Shown one piece after another: positions 11,003 through 24,992 of a stretch of 64,000 nucleotides of DNA. The stretch lies in NCBI RefSeq assembly GCF_006345805.1, contig NC_043008.1, positions 15,562,001 through 15,626,000 of the forward strand, read 5' to 3'. The stretch's first letter is position 1. Every line of letters starts with the position of its first letter. The position numbers and the translations under genes are program-made. The DNA is from Octopus sinensis. Lineage: Eukaryota. The notes under the pieces were generated by a model, which searched no databases, was not told the origin of the DNA, and worked only from the letters and a program-made list of their open reading frames with translations.

Positions 11003-12203
11003 TTGATATACTCACGGTATGTCGTCCGTGGCTTTAGTCGATGTGTCTGTTGATAGGGTCTTGCGAATCTCGCGTATGTTTTCGCAGCAGAAATGTGTCT
11101 CGTATGGACATTTACTAAAGTGGGTTCGAATGACGTTCTTTTCCAGATTATTTTTTCTCAAGATTCTAGAGCTTCAGCATTACTTTTAGACTAAATCTGT
11201 GGTTTTCTGATTTACTATATATTCTCTTATCTGTTAACACACTCGCCACATAAGAATTTCATTAGTAACCGTATATCATTGTATCCGATGTCACTAGTTT
11301 TTTCTTCCACAAATTATTTAATAACAAGAATTCAATAAATTGGGGCACTTTCGTGTGTAAATTATTATACTGTTTTTTTTTTAATATTATTAGAATAGTC
11401 TCCAGAAGCATGGTGTGTAAAACTGATTCAGACACGAAAACAATACTACAGTGGGATAACGAATGGAATTAGACAAAACAATAACGAAGTTTATTTCATT
11501 TAGACAGACACAAAGAGCCTGTGTACACATAGAAAAGCAGTATTCATAACCGTCCTACAGTGTTTAATAATAAGACTACTCGTTCGAGAAAGCAATAACA
11601 ACTACTACCTATTATTAGCGCTCAAAGAATGCATTTTACTAGATATTATTAATGGCATATAGAGTCAGACATGTAACGTTCATCATGGCAACGTTATCTG
11701 ATTTTGTTCATTCGTGTCGACTTCATCCCTCTTTACTATATTTACCAGCAAGATAAATCAACTAACGAACGCTTTTGAATTACAAGTCAGTTCGATCAGA
11801 GCGTATTGGTGATTCAACCCTCAATATGTATCATGCTATTTCTGCTGATGATCTTCATTGAAACTAAACTACAGGCACATGGTATAAAATAGAAAGGGGT
11901 TTTCAATATTTGAAAGTGTATTTTGAAAAGACCAACTTATACAAAGCTTTGATAGTCACAAAAAGAATTCACTTCAGAATTGAAATGAAGAAATCTCACT
12001 CCACTGTTATACAAGGATTCGATTATTAAATTCTACTAAAATTGTTACGAAACAACTGGCAATATAAATCTAGAAATTACTCAGTGCCGAAATCTTCTAT
12101 TGATGCAACAATATGCATGCTATTTAAACTGAATATAGTTCGCTCCTCAGATACCAGGGTTCAGAGAGATGCTCTGGAATAAATTAATCCCGACTATAAT
12201 GTA

Positions 12204-12466
12204 GGCGTGGGAGTGGCTGTGTGGTAATTAGCTTGCTTACGAACCACATGGTTCCAGGTTCAGTGCCTCTGTGTGGCACCTTGGTCAAGTGTCTTCGACT
12301 ATAGCCTCGGGCCGACCAAGTGGTTCAGCAAAAGTGACCGATAGAATAAGTACTAGGCTTCCAAAGAATAAGTCCTGGGGTCGATTTACTCGACTAAAGG
12401 CAGTGCTCCAGTATGGCCGCATTCAAATGACTGAAACAAGTAAAAGAATAAAAGAGTAAAAGAGAG
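12204..12466 (+). mobile_element. SINE family A, internally deleted, with 9-bp TSD
   Basis: TATAATGTA at 12195-12203 and 12467-12475. Confidence 0.9.
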
Positions 12467-13168
12467 TATAATGTACCATAATTTCTGCGTTGGAACTTAA
12501 AGCGAAGAGTAGACACACCAAATACTAAACTAGTGGAATACAAGGAAGATATCGACGTTTGCTAATGGTAGTTAACTCATTATTGCAGACAAAACATGGA
12601 AATTGAGGAGGTTGAAAAGAGTGGGGTGGGGGCCGAAGTTGAAGGAAATACTGCTTGGTTAAAATTGGTATCGAATCAAGATCAGTTGAATTGGTGCACG
12701 CAAACGCAGGACAAATAACTTATAGAAGAAGCGGATAGAGGCATGCAAGTATAAAGGAAGATCAATAGATAACGAAGCCAGATCAATGGGTTCACTCACA
12801 ATATAAGTTGAATGGCAAGAAGAGGATACGTATTTTGAATTAGAAAAAAATAATTGTATCGAGGTTTCAATTTTTTTTTTTTTACAATTGTTAAAATTTC
12901 CCCAAGTTTTTCCTCTGGTACGGAATTCTGAAAGCAGAATTTTTTAATAAAGATGGTGATGACCGTATATGTGTATGAGTGTGCACGTTTGTGTATGTAA
13001 TGCACGGTCAAACACACACACACACACATATATAATTCTCTGTCACTTTATATATATATATATATATATATACTTGTATATATGTGTGCATGTATGTATA
13101 AATGTATGTATGTATGCATCTATGTTTGTATGTATGTATGTATGTACGCATGTATGTATGTATGTATG

Positions 13169-13259
<91 letters not shown>

Positions 13260-13462
13260 ATATATATATATACTATATATATATATATATATAATGATGT
13301 TGCCTATTAAATTTGAACTAAAAAATATCACATATGTCACACATATATGTAACTAATTGAAAGCATGTATGTTTGTTGTGAGCAAGTATGTGTGTTAACA
13401 ATTCAATGTAATTACATGTATATATCTGTGTTCATAACAGTTAAACATATAAACGATAAGCA

Positions 13463-13505
<43 letters not shown>

Positions 13506-13748
13506 TAATAATAATAATGCTCTGATGTGAGATATTAAGGTGGTAGGGGGTAAGATATTACTAATAAGAAATACAATTAATTCAGATATTGGAATGTATC
13601 ATAGGAAGAAAATATGATTATATTATTAGTGAAAGTTCAATATGATTATCTTAGATTATATTCGGGCAATACGATATTATTTTATGGAGCTGTACTGGCA
13701 GATCGCCAACACTATCTGCAAACTAAGTTGTTTGCTCTTTCTTTGCAG

Positions 13749-13832
13749 GTCGATCCGAACAGTAAGCGGCACAAGTCGATAGATACAACGCTGATATGTA
13801 TAACTGCAGTCTTGATTATGCTCGCAGTCTAG
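13749..13832 (+). other. Candidate exon behind a strong splice acceptor
   Basis: ACTAAGTTGTTTGCTCTTTCTTTGCAG then GTC. Phase 0 reads VDPNSKRHKSIDTTLICITAVLIMLAV*. An alternative donor CA|GTAAGC after 13761 would give a 13-nt micro-exon. Confidence 0.3.
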
Positions 13833-15345
13833 TAATATCTGATTTAGTTGAATGAGCTTTACACTCTCCTTTGACAGCTTGGCATATAACTAGGTCTCCA
13901 TCATTCTAACGAATGCGTCGAATTATTCTTCTGCATTATGCGCCATTTTATTTTGATTATACTTTATTGCAGTGAAGTTCGAAAATGAACTGATGCACTG
14001 TTTAAGCTGCAACTAAACATACTCACACACTAAACATGCTAAACATACTCACACAGAGATATACACAAGTATAGAAGCACGTACACAAACGCACAAACAT
14101 ACATGCGTAGGCCTAACAAACTCGCTTACTTGCAAATAGACAAGACACATATGGATACATCTATACTCACAGACTTTCAAATACACTGGCTACGATAAAT
14201 ATCTGTCTTTCTCACTCTCACTTTTTATACATACATGTATATACATACAGTCTTTGACACATGTATGTGTCTGAGCGTATGCATGTACATACATACGTTC
14301 ATACATGTGTTTCTACAAATGATATTGTGTTAGCTTCGGGATTTTCCAATATATTTTGTATGGAATTTAGATGACGCCTGTGTGTATGTATGTATTCTAT
14401 GTGCTTATGTGTTCTATGTGCTTATGTGTTCTATGCGCTTATGTATGTGTGCGTGTATATGTGTGATAGCGAGTGTTTTAGTTAGCATGTTTCAAAAACT
14501 GTCATATGTCAATGTAGTTTAACAGTTCGATAAATATTTACTAAACACAATGTGATCGAGTAAAGATGTGATGCCTCACACGTGCCGCAGAACAAAGTTA
14601 GAAATCTTTAAAATGCTTGTTTCTAACGTAGGGAGACGGCAAGATAATTTTTCGAGGCGAGTTTAGTCGATTCTATAACATCCAGGACTTGTCGAATAGT
14701 TTATCCGTCAATGGAAAGTAAAGTTTGCCTCTTTGTCTCTTGACGATTTAAATTCAGGTCATTAAAGACTTAAATTCGGATCATGTTTTGTAGAACAGGG
14801 TATCAGTCCTCTTCGGTCGAAGCAGGTGCTATGTATAAAGAATAAAAATATTAACTAACTCTGTTTTTGCAGACTCCACACACAAGAATATAGATTTTCA
14901 ATAGGCGCCTACTTGTGCGGGACCAGTTATGGCTTCATTCTTTCTGAATACAAAAGTACGACGGAAGTACTCGAGTCGAATGAATGATCTATAATTTTCT
15001 CCTTACGCTTTGATTCAAAATATGTTACCAGTTACATCTACGTCGGTAGTGGCGTTATGGATTCTTTTTCAGCTTCTGACAAGATGGCTTGTGGAATTTT
15101 TTGAGTAAGTTAATGCTGTGTGTAATTTCATCGCTTTGAACAAATTTGTTTTCCAGTCTTCCGAGAAGGATAAAATTATATACCAATTGAATACTGAGGT
15201 TACTATAACCAAATGTTCTCTCCCTGCCATACACGCACACACGCGCATACACATACACACCACACACACACACATGCATGTATATAAATATATACATATA
15301 TATACATATATTTATATGTCATATATGTATTATTTATCACACTGT

Positions 15346-15439
<94 letters not shown>

Positions 15440-15599
15440 CACATATACATATATATGCAAGAAGAAAATGGATGAAAAATAACAGGAAGAAGTTGGTCCT
15501 TTGCACTAGTAAGCCATTAATTTAATTAATTAATAAAGAAAAGTGGTACCTCTCACACACTCTTTCAAACTCTTACCACCAGCCTCCTGAGAGTAATAC

Positions 15600-16400
15600 G
15601 ATGCGATGTTCGAGAGATGGAATTGCTGGGAGGATGGATGTGAATATAAATGGTGAGATGTTAGAGGAGGTGAGTGTTTTTTAGTATCTGAGGGTGTTGG
15701 TTGAAGAAGTGTGATATAGAGTGACGGAAGGTAGTAAGACACCTGAAGTTGCGAAAGGTATGCTGAGAGATAAAAGGTTGAGTGTGAAAACGAAAAGAAA
15801 TGCGTATGAGGACGTGATTGTGACGACAATGTTATATAGTGCAGAGACGTGGGGGCTGAGAGAAGTGGAAAGGAGGCGACTAGATGTGTTTGAGATGAGA
15901 TGACTGAGGGCTATGGTTGGTGTGACAAGGATGGACAGGATGAGGAATAAGGAGATGCGAAGGCGTGCAGGAATGACAGAAAAACTAACAACCAAAATGG
16001 ATAGACGAATGCGGAGGTGGTTTGGTCACATGGAGAGGATGGATGAGGATCGGAGGATAAAGAGGGTGACGAAGGCAGAAATGGTAGGCAGCAGAACTAG
16101 AAGCAGACCTCGGTTTGTTGGGATGGAAGGAGTGAGGAAAGAGTTTATAAATGATAGGAAAGCTTGAAGAGTGTTTGTGGATGGATGCGTGAATTTGATG
16201 TTGGTCAAAGGGGTAAGGACCCAGCATGATGCGGCGGGGATAAGCCAGCATATGTTGTCGGGCGCCGCTGCTGATATTAAGGGTTGCTTTCTATGCCTTG
16301 ACCCAAGCATACAACGGGGCTCATCTCTTTGAGCTTGGAAATGAATGGAATGCCTGGTGTGTAAACTGTTGTGGCCACCCACTCCTAAAAAATAAGGAAT
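15600..16400 (+). pseudogene. RTE-clade LINE, 3' part of RT ORF plus 3' UTR, decayed
   Basis: One frame with stops gives EEVSVF*YLRV, MLYSAETWGL, RWFGHMERM and RSRPR. These match the YLG, YGxETW, WFGHVxRM and GRP motifs of RTE RT C-termini. Confidence 0.9.
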
Positions 16401-17967
16401 AAAGCTGGGTATATATATAAAAAGCTATATGTATATATATATATAAATATAAAGAGAAAGAAAGAGATACAGAGAAAGGGAAAAAGAAAAAGAGAGAAGT
16501 TGAATATGAACTTGGTTTCCTTGAGATATTTCATCTATAAAGACTTAACTGATTTCACAGATTTCTCTGATTTGCAAAAGTTGAGATAGACGTACGACTA
16601 TGTTGTAACTGACTTGCTTCGAGTGGAGTTCCAGAATTCTATTGTTCTTATAGAAGAAACATGACTCAAATTAGTATCTGTTTTGGATGCGATTTGATTG
16701 GCAGTGGATGATCACGTAATTAAGCATACAAATTTTAGTAAGTTCCGCGCTACGTCACTTCGTTAATATGTGACAATATGTTTGGCACCGTAAGTTAAGA
16801 CTGACACGGTTGAGCGAACGGGACTCGCGGCAATCTGAAGAAAGCGTAGCTGTATGAATTTAATGTGTTAAGCGTGGTTGAGGCTGATCACGTGATTAGG
16901 CTCAGAAATTTTTGCAAGTTATCCGCTGCGTCCGTGCGTTAATATCATGTGACAACGTTAAATTAAAGCCGACATTGTGGAGCGAACGTATCTAGTGACA
17001 GTTCCAAACAAGCAATGCTCTGTAAATGGCATGTGTCAAGGGGAAGGAGATGTGTAAATGTAGTCCGGCGGCTGGATAGTTATCATTTGTATGTACGTAA
17101 GGCATAATATTTTGTTCCTCACTAACTTCATGCATTGTTGTTATGCGGGGAAAAATTCATGATTGAGTCCAAAGACTGAGTGGAAAAATTTAATGATTGG
17201 TTGACGTGACTACCATTTTTTGCAGTTGTATATATACGGTTTTTATACTACAAACCCACACAAATAGACACTCACAAAAATACACACATCAGCACGTAAA
17301 CAACATGCACATATACACACGAATCCCCGTCACATATCTACAAGTAGGTGTAAATATGTTTATATCTTCACCTATATATATGTTTGTATGTTGGGGTGAT
17401 ATATAAATAGCGTCGGCACTATACACTGTATATTTACAATTATTTCTTTACAGCTAGAAATTTTCTCATTGATAAAATACGGTGAATGGGTTTCTTGCCG
17501 GTTCGAATATACCTTCAGCATATTTGAACGGGTAACAAGTCTGTATATATACACATCACCGATTAGCGCTGTCATCGAACGATGACAGATATATCATACT
17601 AGAAATCTGTCTCTCGTGTCAGTTTGCTACGTCAGGTTTTCTGGGGTCTGCTGCTGAAGAGGAGATAACCACAATGAAATGCATGCGCCCAACTGTTTGG
17701 TTACGGAGAACTTTGAACTGATTCAGTGTAATTGTCTACAGCGAGAAATTTTCTCTATGACAACGTACAATGACCGAACTGATTGGAATATGCCTCAAAC
17801 ATATTTGAACCTGTTACAAGTTTATGTTTTTATGCATCACTGCTAAGTGCTGCCATCTTGTATGTATGTATGTATACCTAAACAAATGTGCAATAGACTA
17901 TGCTGCCTAAATGTAGACAGCAGTAAGAAACTTCGTTGCCGTTTTCTTCCTCCGCTTCCTTCATCTA

Positions 17968-17999
17968 CAGCTACTACTACTACTACTACTACTACTACA

Positions 18000-18030
<31 letters not shown>

Positions 18031-18122
18031 TTACTGCTGCTGCTGCTGCTGCTACTACTACTACTACTACTACTACTACTGCCGCCGCCGCCACCACCAC
18101 AACCAAATCCACCACCACCACC

Positions 18123-18160
<38 letters not shown>

Positions 18161-18162
18161 CA
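17968..18162. repeat. Compound trinucleotide microsatellite (CTA/CTG/CCG/CCA)n
   Basis: Direct reading; source of the poly-T/V/Y ORFs. Confidence 0.95.
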
Positions 18163-18719
18163 TATTTTAAGAGGGACTCATTATTATATGCAGTTTATTA
18201 ATTTTATTAATTTTCTTGCTCTTATGGTAGGTAGCTTACTTAATCGGTACTATTCTTGGTATTCAATTACGGCTTAGAAGATAAACATCGTGCCATGAAT
18301 ATATTTAAAAATCACTTATGTCGACGGGAAAAAAAGAAAAAAAAAACCTTTTCTCACTTATACGTTAAGTATAGATGGAATTATCAACTGACAGTGCTAG
18401 GGCTGAAATCGATATTACAAATTAAGGAGAGACAAATTTTTAGGTGTGACAATAATAAAAATTGGCTGCGCTATAGGGTGTGATAACGCTTGTGTCTATA
18501 ACTGCGATGGAACGGCAATATAAGTGTCTACATTATACGGTTACAAACTAAAAATGCTTCAGAATTGAAATAAATGTCATACTGTATTTAAATATATCTC
18601 TTTAATTCACGTAGGATACTAGATTAAAATTATATTACCACTGACATCGTTTTCCTACTACCTGGTTACCTAGCATCGACAAAAGTGTATTAGTAAGGCA
18701 TAGATATAGCTTAACCGGG

Positions 18720-18755
<36 letters not shown>

Positions 18756-18902
18756 TAGATAGATATATACACACAGGAGAGTATTGTAGTTCGCTGGAAG
18801 CATTGTATATTGTTTGGGAAATATAACGTGTCTTGAATGGTACAACTCTACACTGTTGTGCCACACACACACACACACACACACACCACACACACACACA
18901 CA

Positions 18903-18933
<31 letters not shown>

Positions 18934-19308
18934 TACACACACACATATATAAAGTCAACTATTGTTAGCGGTGAGGAGCTAACGATATATATTGTATATA
19001 ATGGGTGCAGAGTTGCACCGATAACCAGCTGGCGGAGATTCTGCCTGGGGTTAAACTTGTAGTAACATGTTACAGCCACTTTGATGCTGAAATGTATTGA
19101 AAGATATAGTAATAATTTATTCTCAAACACAGAAGAATTCGTTACTGAGAAGCTTAGCTTAAAGTTAAAGCACTTGACGCGTAATCACAGGGATGTGCGT
19201 TCGAGTCTCATGGCTAGCCTGTAACGATTTTTCTGCAATATATAGTTAGTTTCTCCTGTTCATTCTATTGTATTAGCACTATCATGCGTTTGAAAATAAA
19301 TTATATAT

Positions 19309-19349
<41 letters not shown>

Positions 19350-19663
19350 CATTCATAAATTTCCTTTACTATTTGAAACGTTCAGGAAATACTGAAAAAT
19401 ACGAATAATTCCATAGAGTTTATTGGTAAATAGAAACAAAACCAATAAAATTTTATGATAAACATCAGTAGAGTTCTGCATGGGCTGGATTGGTTCATTG
19501 ATGGATCTGAACGGTATTGGATACAATAAATTGTGGAACTTGTAAAGATATTTTATGTCCACACTCTATACTCTCTCACTCTCTCTCTCTCTCTCGCTCG
19601 CACATACATACACACATACATACATACATACATACATACATACATACATACATACATACACAC

Positions 19664-19701
<38 letters not shown>

Positions 19702-19970
19702 ATATATGTAGATATATGTCTGTGTGTGTGTGTTTCCCTGCTCATGGAAATTGTGCTTGTATACTTAGGATTTTCAAATGAAAGTTTAGATATTAATGCT
19801 TTAGATATTATTTAGTAGAAAGCGATACTGGTTTTACTAGAAACAATATGCTCGCGGTTATTACAATATCCTTTGTGATTTACTTTGCTTATTCTTACTC
19901 AAATATTATAGTTCAACATCTAAAATATATCGTGTATCAATAAAGTTATTGTGTATAACGCTTTCTCTAG

Positions 19971-19988
19971 ATTGAAGCTTACTCTACG
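19971..19988 (+). CDS. Candidate 18-nt micro-exon (IEAYST, phase 0-0)
   Basis: AACGCTTTCTCTAG|ATTGAAGCTTACTCTACG|GTAAGA. Confidence 0.3.
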
Positions 19989-20176
19989 GTAAGATGCATG
20001 AGTCATGGAAAATCACTGATTGAGGTTTAGGGAGAAGATGGAAGATTTAATCCACAGAGAACTACTGAGAGAAAGAAATATGGACTTTAAATGTAATGAA
20101 TCATCTGAGTATAAAGCAATTTTTGTCAGGAAAATTGGAAATTTAAACTAAGAGAAACACAAATAAGAAATGTATA

Positions 20177-20600
20177 CTCTTTTCTCTTTTTACTCTTTTA
20201 CTTGTTTCAGTCATTTGACTGCGGCCATGCTGGAGCACCGCCTTTTTTTAATCGAGCAACTCGAAACCGGGACTTATTATTTTGTAAGCCCAGTATTTAT
20301 TCTATCGGTCTCTTTTGCCGAACTGCTAAGTAACGGGGACATAAACACACCAGCATCGGTTGTCAAGCAATGCTAGGGAGACAAACACAGACACACAAAC
20401 ACACACACGCATACATATACATATATATACATATATACGACGGGCTTCTTTCAGTTTCCGTCTACCAAATCCACTCACAAGGCTTTGGTCGGCCCGAGGC
20501 TATAGCAGAAGACACTTGCCCAAAGTGCCATGCAGTGGGACTGAACCCGGAACCATGTGGTTGGTAAACAAGCTACTTACCACACAGCCACTCCTACGCC
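20177..20600 (-). mobile_element. SINE family A, full length
   Basis: Reverse complement of the 3300-3703 consensus. Confidence 0.9.
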
Positions 20601-21153
20601 TATGTATGTGTATATTTGATAATGAATGCATTAATGTGAATTAATAGGTGCAATATAAGGTTAAACTACGTGGCTTTCTCTAATTCTTAATAATAGCCAA
20701 ATTAATTAATTACGTCTTCCGTAAGACACATCAAGAATGTTTATGAAAAACGAAACTATTCGCTTCGGTCACCATTCAAGCTATTGAAAGCCAAAGAGTT
20801 AAACCAATGTTTTTAATTTCACTTCATTTAAGCATATGTTTATTAAAACTATGAATATGATTGCGAATATATGTCATTTGCATAATTGAAGTGTGTCCTG
20901 AACTCCACTTTCACACACACAAACACACATACTTTCACACGCACACACACACAAACACACATACTTTCACACACACAGACAGACACACACAGACGCACAG
21001 TAACACAAAGACATACCTACACACGCATGTTTATTAGTACGTTTATATCCGTCTATATTTGTCCTTTATGTTTAACGTGTATGTGTACTGTGTGCATGTG
21101 TGAGTGTGAATGTTTGAGTGTGTATGAGTGTATGTGAGTGTAAGTGTGTGTGT

Positions 21154-21192
<39 letters not shown>

Positions 21193-21200
21193 TGTGTATA

Positions 21201-21233
<33 letters not shown>

Positions 21234-22027
21234 GTGTATGCATCTCTTCGATGTGCTGAACTTTTAATTCATATAGTGAGTCAATTCCTATAGTGCAACA
21301 ACGTATAATATATCTTATATGCCATGTTTAAAAATCCACACGTTCTCTGTTATGAAATAATGACAGACTAGCTGCCGAAAATCAACCGGTAATATCATGT
21401 ATTGTGAAGAAAGCACACACCTGAAAACTATGAAAGCACATAACCGAAACATTTTGTTAAAGCAAATAGAAAATCATGATAAAACGCGAAACCCATTAGG
21501 CGGCATCAGCCCACACATGATTTTGTTACACATCATTAATATATTCCTATGCAACGAATGACTGACAAATACTGCGAATCCATATGAGAGAAAGATTAAC
21601 AGTAATTTCCAAGGTTGTGTCATAATTAAAGGGAAGATTGTTTGCAAATATTATTAGTCGAAACGCCGAACACATATCAATAAATCATGCTCTTGCAGGG
21701 CAATATACATCAGACAGTGAATGGAGACAGAAGAATATCCGATAGGTAATATTCAAATGAGAAAAAAAAAAAAAGTCAACTCTTCATTAATATGCATCTT
21801 TATATCACACAATGGGTTTCTGGCAATACATATTGCTAACGTTAACAAGTAATTACCAATCTATCATAGCGAAAAACAGATAAAATATTCCTTTTAAAAT
21901 AACACATTATTGATCTGGTATATTTCACTATCTAATTCAACCGATAATACGAGAAAACCTGACCGAGATAAATGGGGCCTCAATCGCCCAGGCAAAAGTT
22001 AATGTGTTGTCTTCTGTCAGTCTCCAG

Positions 22028-22102
22028 CTAAAAGAAGATGCGAGTAGCAAAGACAATATTGACAGCCGAGTAAAGAGAGATACAAAGGGGTTTGTATATA
22101 AC
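22028..22102 (+). CDS. Candidate 75-nt exon LKEDASSKDNIDSRVKRDTKGFVYN (phase 0-0)
   Basis: TTGTCTTCTGTCAGTCTCCAG|CTA...AAC|GTAAGT. Only one frame is open, and it contains the furin-type motif RVKR. Confidence 0.4.
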
Positions 22103-22278
22103 GTAAGTAGGTCTCTAACTCCTCGTAGGACGACGACGTGCAAACGTAGGATATCATATTGTTTGAGCAAATGTATATTGTACAATATTTCATCGGCATG
22201 CTATGAACAGGGTCAATAACCCCTGGCAGCGGGAAGGCAACGTACACAATGGAGGACCAGCAGCGGTAAAATATGTAT

Positions 22279-22324
<46 letters not shown>

Positions 22325-22444
22325 TGTTGCATTTAGGAATGGTCATTTTGACGGTTTAGCCAATATTATTAGGTGTGACGTGTGTGTGTACTGTATGCAT
22401 GAGTGAGTGTGTGTGTGTGTGGTGTGTGTGCGTGCGTGTGAGTG

Positions 22445-22483
<39 letters not shown>

Positions 22484-22695
22484 ATATGCATTTGTACAAA
22501 CACATGTCAAAAGAAAATTATATATATATATATATATATAAACTTAGCTAAACACTTAGATATGTTTCGACCAAACATTGGTCCAGGCCATGTCTAACTT
22601 AATAGCACCACCTGGTATTTATATACACAAATATACAGAGGAAATATGCATACATGCATATATGAATATATATATATATATATATATACAGACAT

Positions 22696-23005
22696 ATAAA
22701 GGGGTAAAGACCCCCTTCGGTCATGAATGACCATGGGATTGCACCTAGGAAGTTACCCTCCTAGACACAAGTCCGGACACGGTTGTTTATGGAAGACCAG
22801 CAGTCGCCCATGCATACCAGCCTCCCCTCTCCACGCCACCAGTGTTATCCAAGGGAAAGACAAAGGTCGATACAGCTTGGCACCAGTGACGTCGCAACTC
22901 ATTTCTACAGCTGAGTGGACTGGAGCAATATGAAATAAAGTGTCTTGCTCAAGAACACAACACCCAGCCCGGTCCGGGATTCGAGCTCACAACCTCACGA
23001 TCGTA
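22696..23005 (-). mobile_element. SINE family C
   Basis: Near-identical to 48594-48904; tRNA-like head on the minus strand. Confidence 0.85.
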
Positions 23006-23856
23006 TACATACACACAAATACGCACATACACACTCACACACATACACACACATATATATGTGTATGTGCGTATCATATAGGTACAGATACGTATTTATA
23101 CATGTATATAGATGCTTGTGTGTTCACATATAAATATACATATGTATATGTGTACAAAGATATATATATACACATGTATATATGCGTTTAAGTGTGTGTG
23201 TATGTGTATGTGCGTGTAGAAATCAACAGAGATGATTTTAAATGTGTGTATACATGTAGGCATTCTTATGCATACACACATACATATACGTACATACATA
23301 CATACATGCTTAACACAAACACGTGTAGGTATAAACATTTAAAATTGCCAAGAACTTTAACAAAATCGTTCTTTATATATTATAACAACTATATGAATTA
23401 TTTTGCTTTTACAAAACTTTTCAATGTATACGTGTGTGTGTATGAGTGTGTCTGTGTGTGTGTGTATCTGTATGTGTCTGTGTGCACAATCCTGTCTATT
23501 AACTGTGTGTGTATATATGTGTGTATACTGCTGTTAGTGTAACCATCTTGATACTATAACCATTAATACAATATTCAGAAGTAAATATGCACTGAGCAAA
23601 AGGCTACATCAGTCATTGTCAAAAATATATTAATTCTTCCCGCAATTAGCAAAGACAACTCTGGACATATTTTCTCATTATTCGGTTTCTTCAGTGTTCC
23701 TTCTGTTTCTATACAGTGTCTGTCAGAAGCACTGCTAAGGGAATCACCTAATTGATTTGCATTAGGAATAAATATACATTAAGAATAAATTTCTGTGATA
23801 TTAGTTGCGCACGTGTGTGTGTGTCTGTATGTGTGTGTCTGTATGTGTGTGTATGC

Positions 23857-23927
<71 letters not shown>

Positions 23928-23976
23928 TGTATATATATATATATATGTATGTATATTTTTATGTTTATATATACAC

Positions 23977-24015
<39 letters not shown>

Positions 24016-24148
24016 CATATTTATATACATATATTTATATATATAAGTATATATATATATATAAAACATATATCCATATATCTATCTATCTATCTATTTC
24101 TATATATATATATGTATATTTATATATATATATATATAACATATATCC

Positions 24149-24220
<72 letters not shown>

Positions 24221-24860
24221 GTATATATATATATATATATCTTTATAAATTACTCTGTGACTGTACGCCTTTCTGTGTATGTGTATGTGTGTAGTAGGTT
24301 AGTGTGTGTGCGAAAGTCCCTGCCTCTGTATGCGTATTTCATTTAATTTTGTCGTGTGAAATTAATGGCTGCTTGTCTAGGTGACTTTCAAATCGAGAAG
24401 CTGCAAATAGTCAACGGCTTCAGTTGCAGTGGAGCAAATGAAATTAATACTCTTCATAGAATGGCATTCAGGAAGTATACTTTCTTTCGTTTCTTATCAC
24501 TAATACTGTACACACAGACACACATACATACACGCACACACACACACATACACACACACACACATGCACGCACATGCATACCTACACAAAAACACGCGCG
24601 CACATACTCACAACTACGACCTATATATATATATTTCTATGTAAATGTGTATATATGTTATACTTATGTATGTGTGTGTATATGTGCATGTATGTGTGCG
24701 TGAACGAATATACATAGTTAAGTGTGTCTGTGTGTGTGTGTTTAATTGAGTGTCTGTTTTAGTCTATTTATGCATACACACACATACATTATCTATCTAT
24801 CTATCTATCTATCTATATAAATATCTGTCTGTCTGTCTGTATATATGTGTGTATATGCAC

Positions 24861-24891
<31 letters not shown>

Positions 24892-24955
24892 ATATATATA
24901 TAAATATGCATACATACATATATGTATGGATGATATATATATATAATATATATAA

Positions 24956-24992
<37 letters not shown>

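Noticed and set aside
11845-11870. CTGATGA...GAAA
   Set aside because: No stem II or stem I pairing; a chance match.
17648-17690. CTGAAGA...GAA-ATGCAT hammerhead-like string
   Set aside because: The palindrome is suggestive, but stem II and stem I do not pair and position 17 is G. At best a heavily decayed copy.
19848-19943. MLAVITISFVIYFAYSYS signal-peptide-like ORF in frame with the micro-exon
   Set aside because: Stops intervene, and joining needs a ~60-nt intron with a poor donor (GTTCAA).
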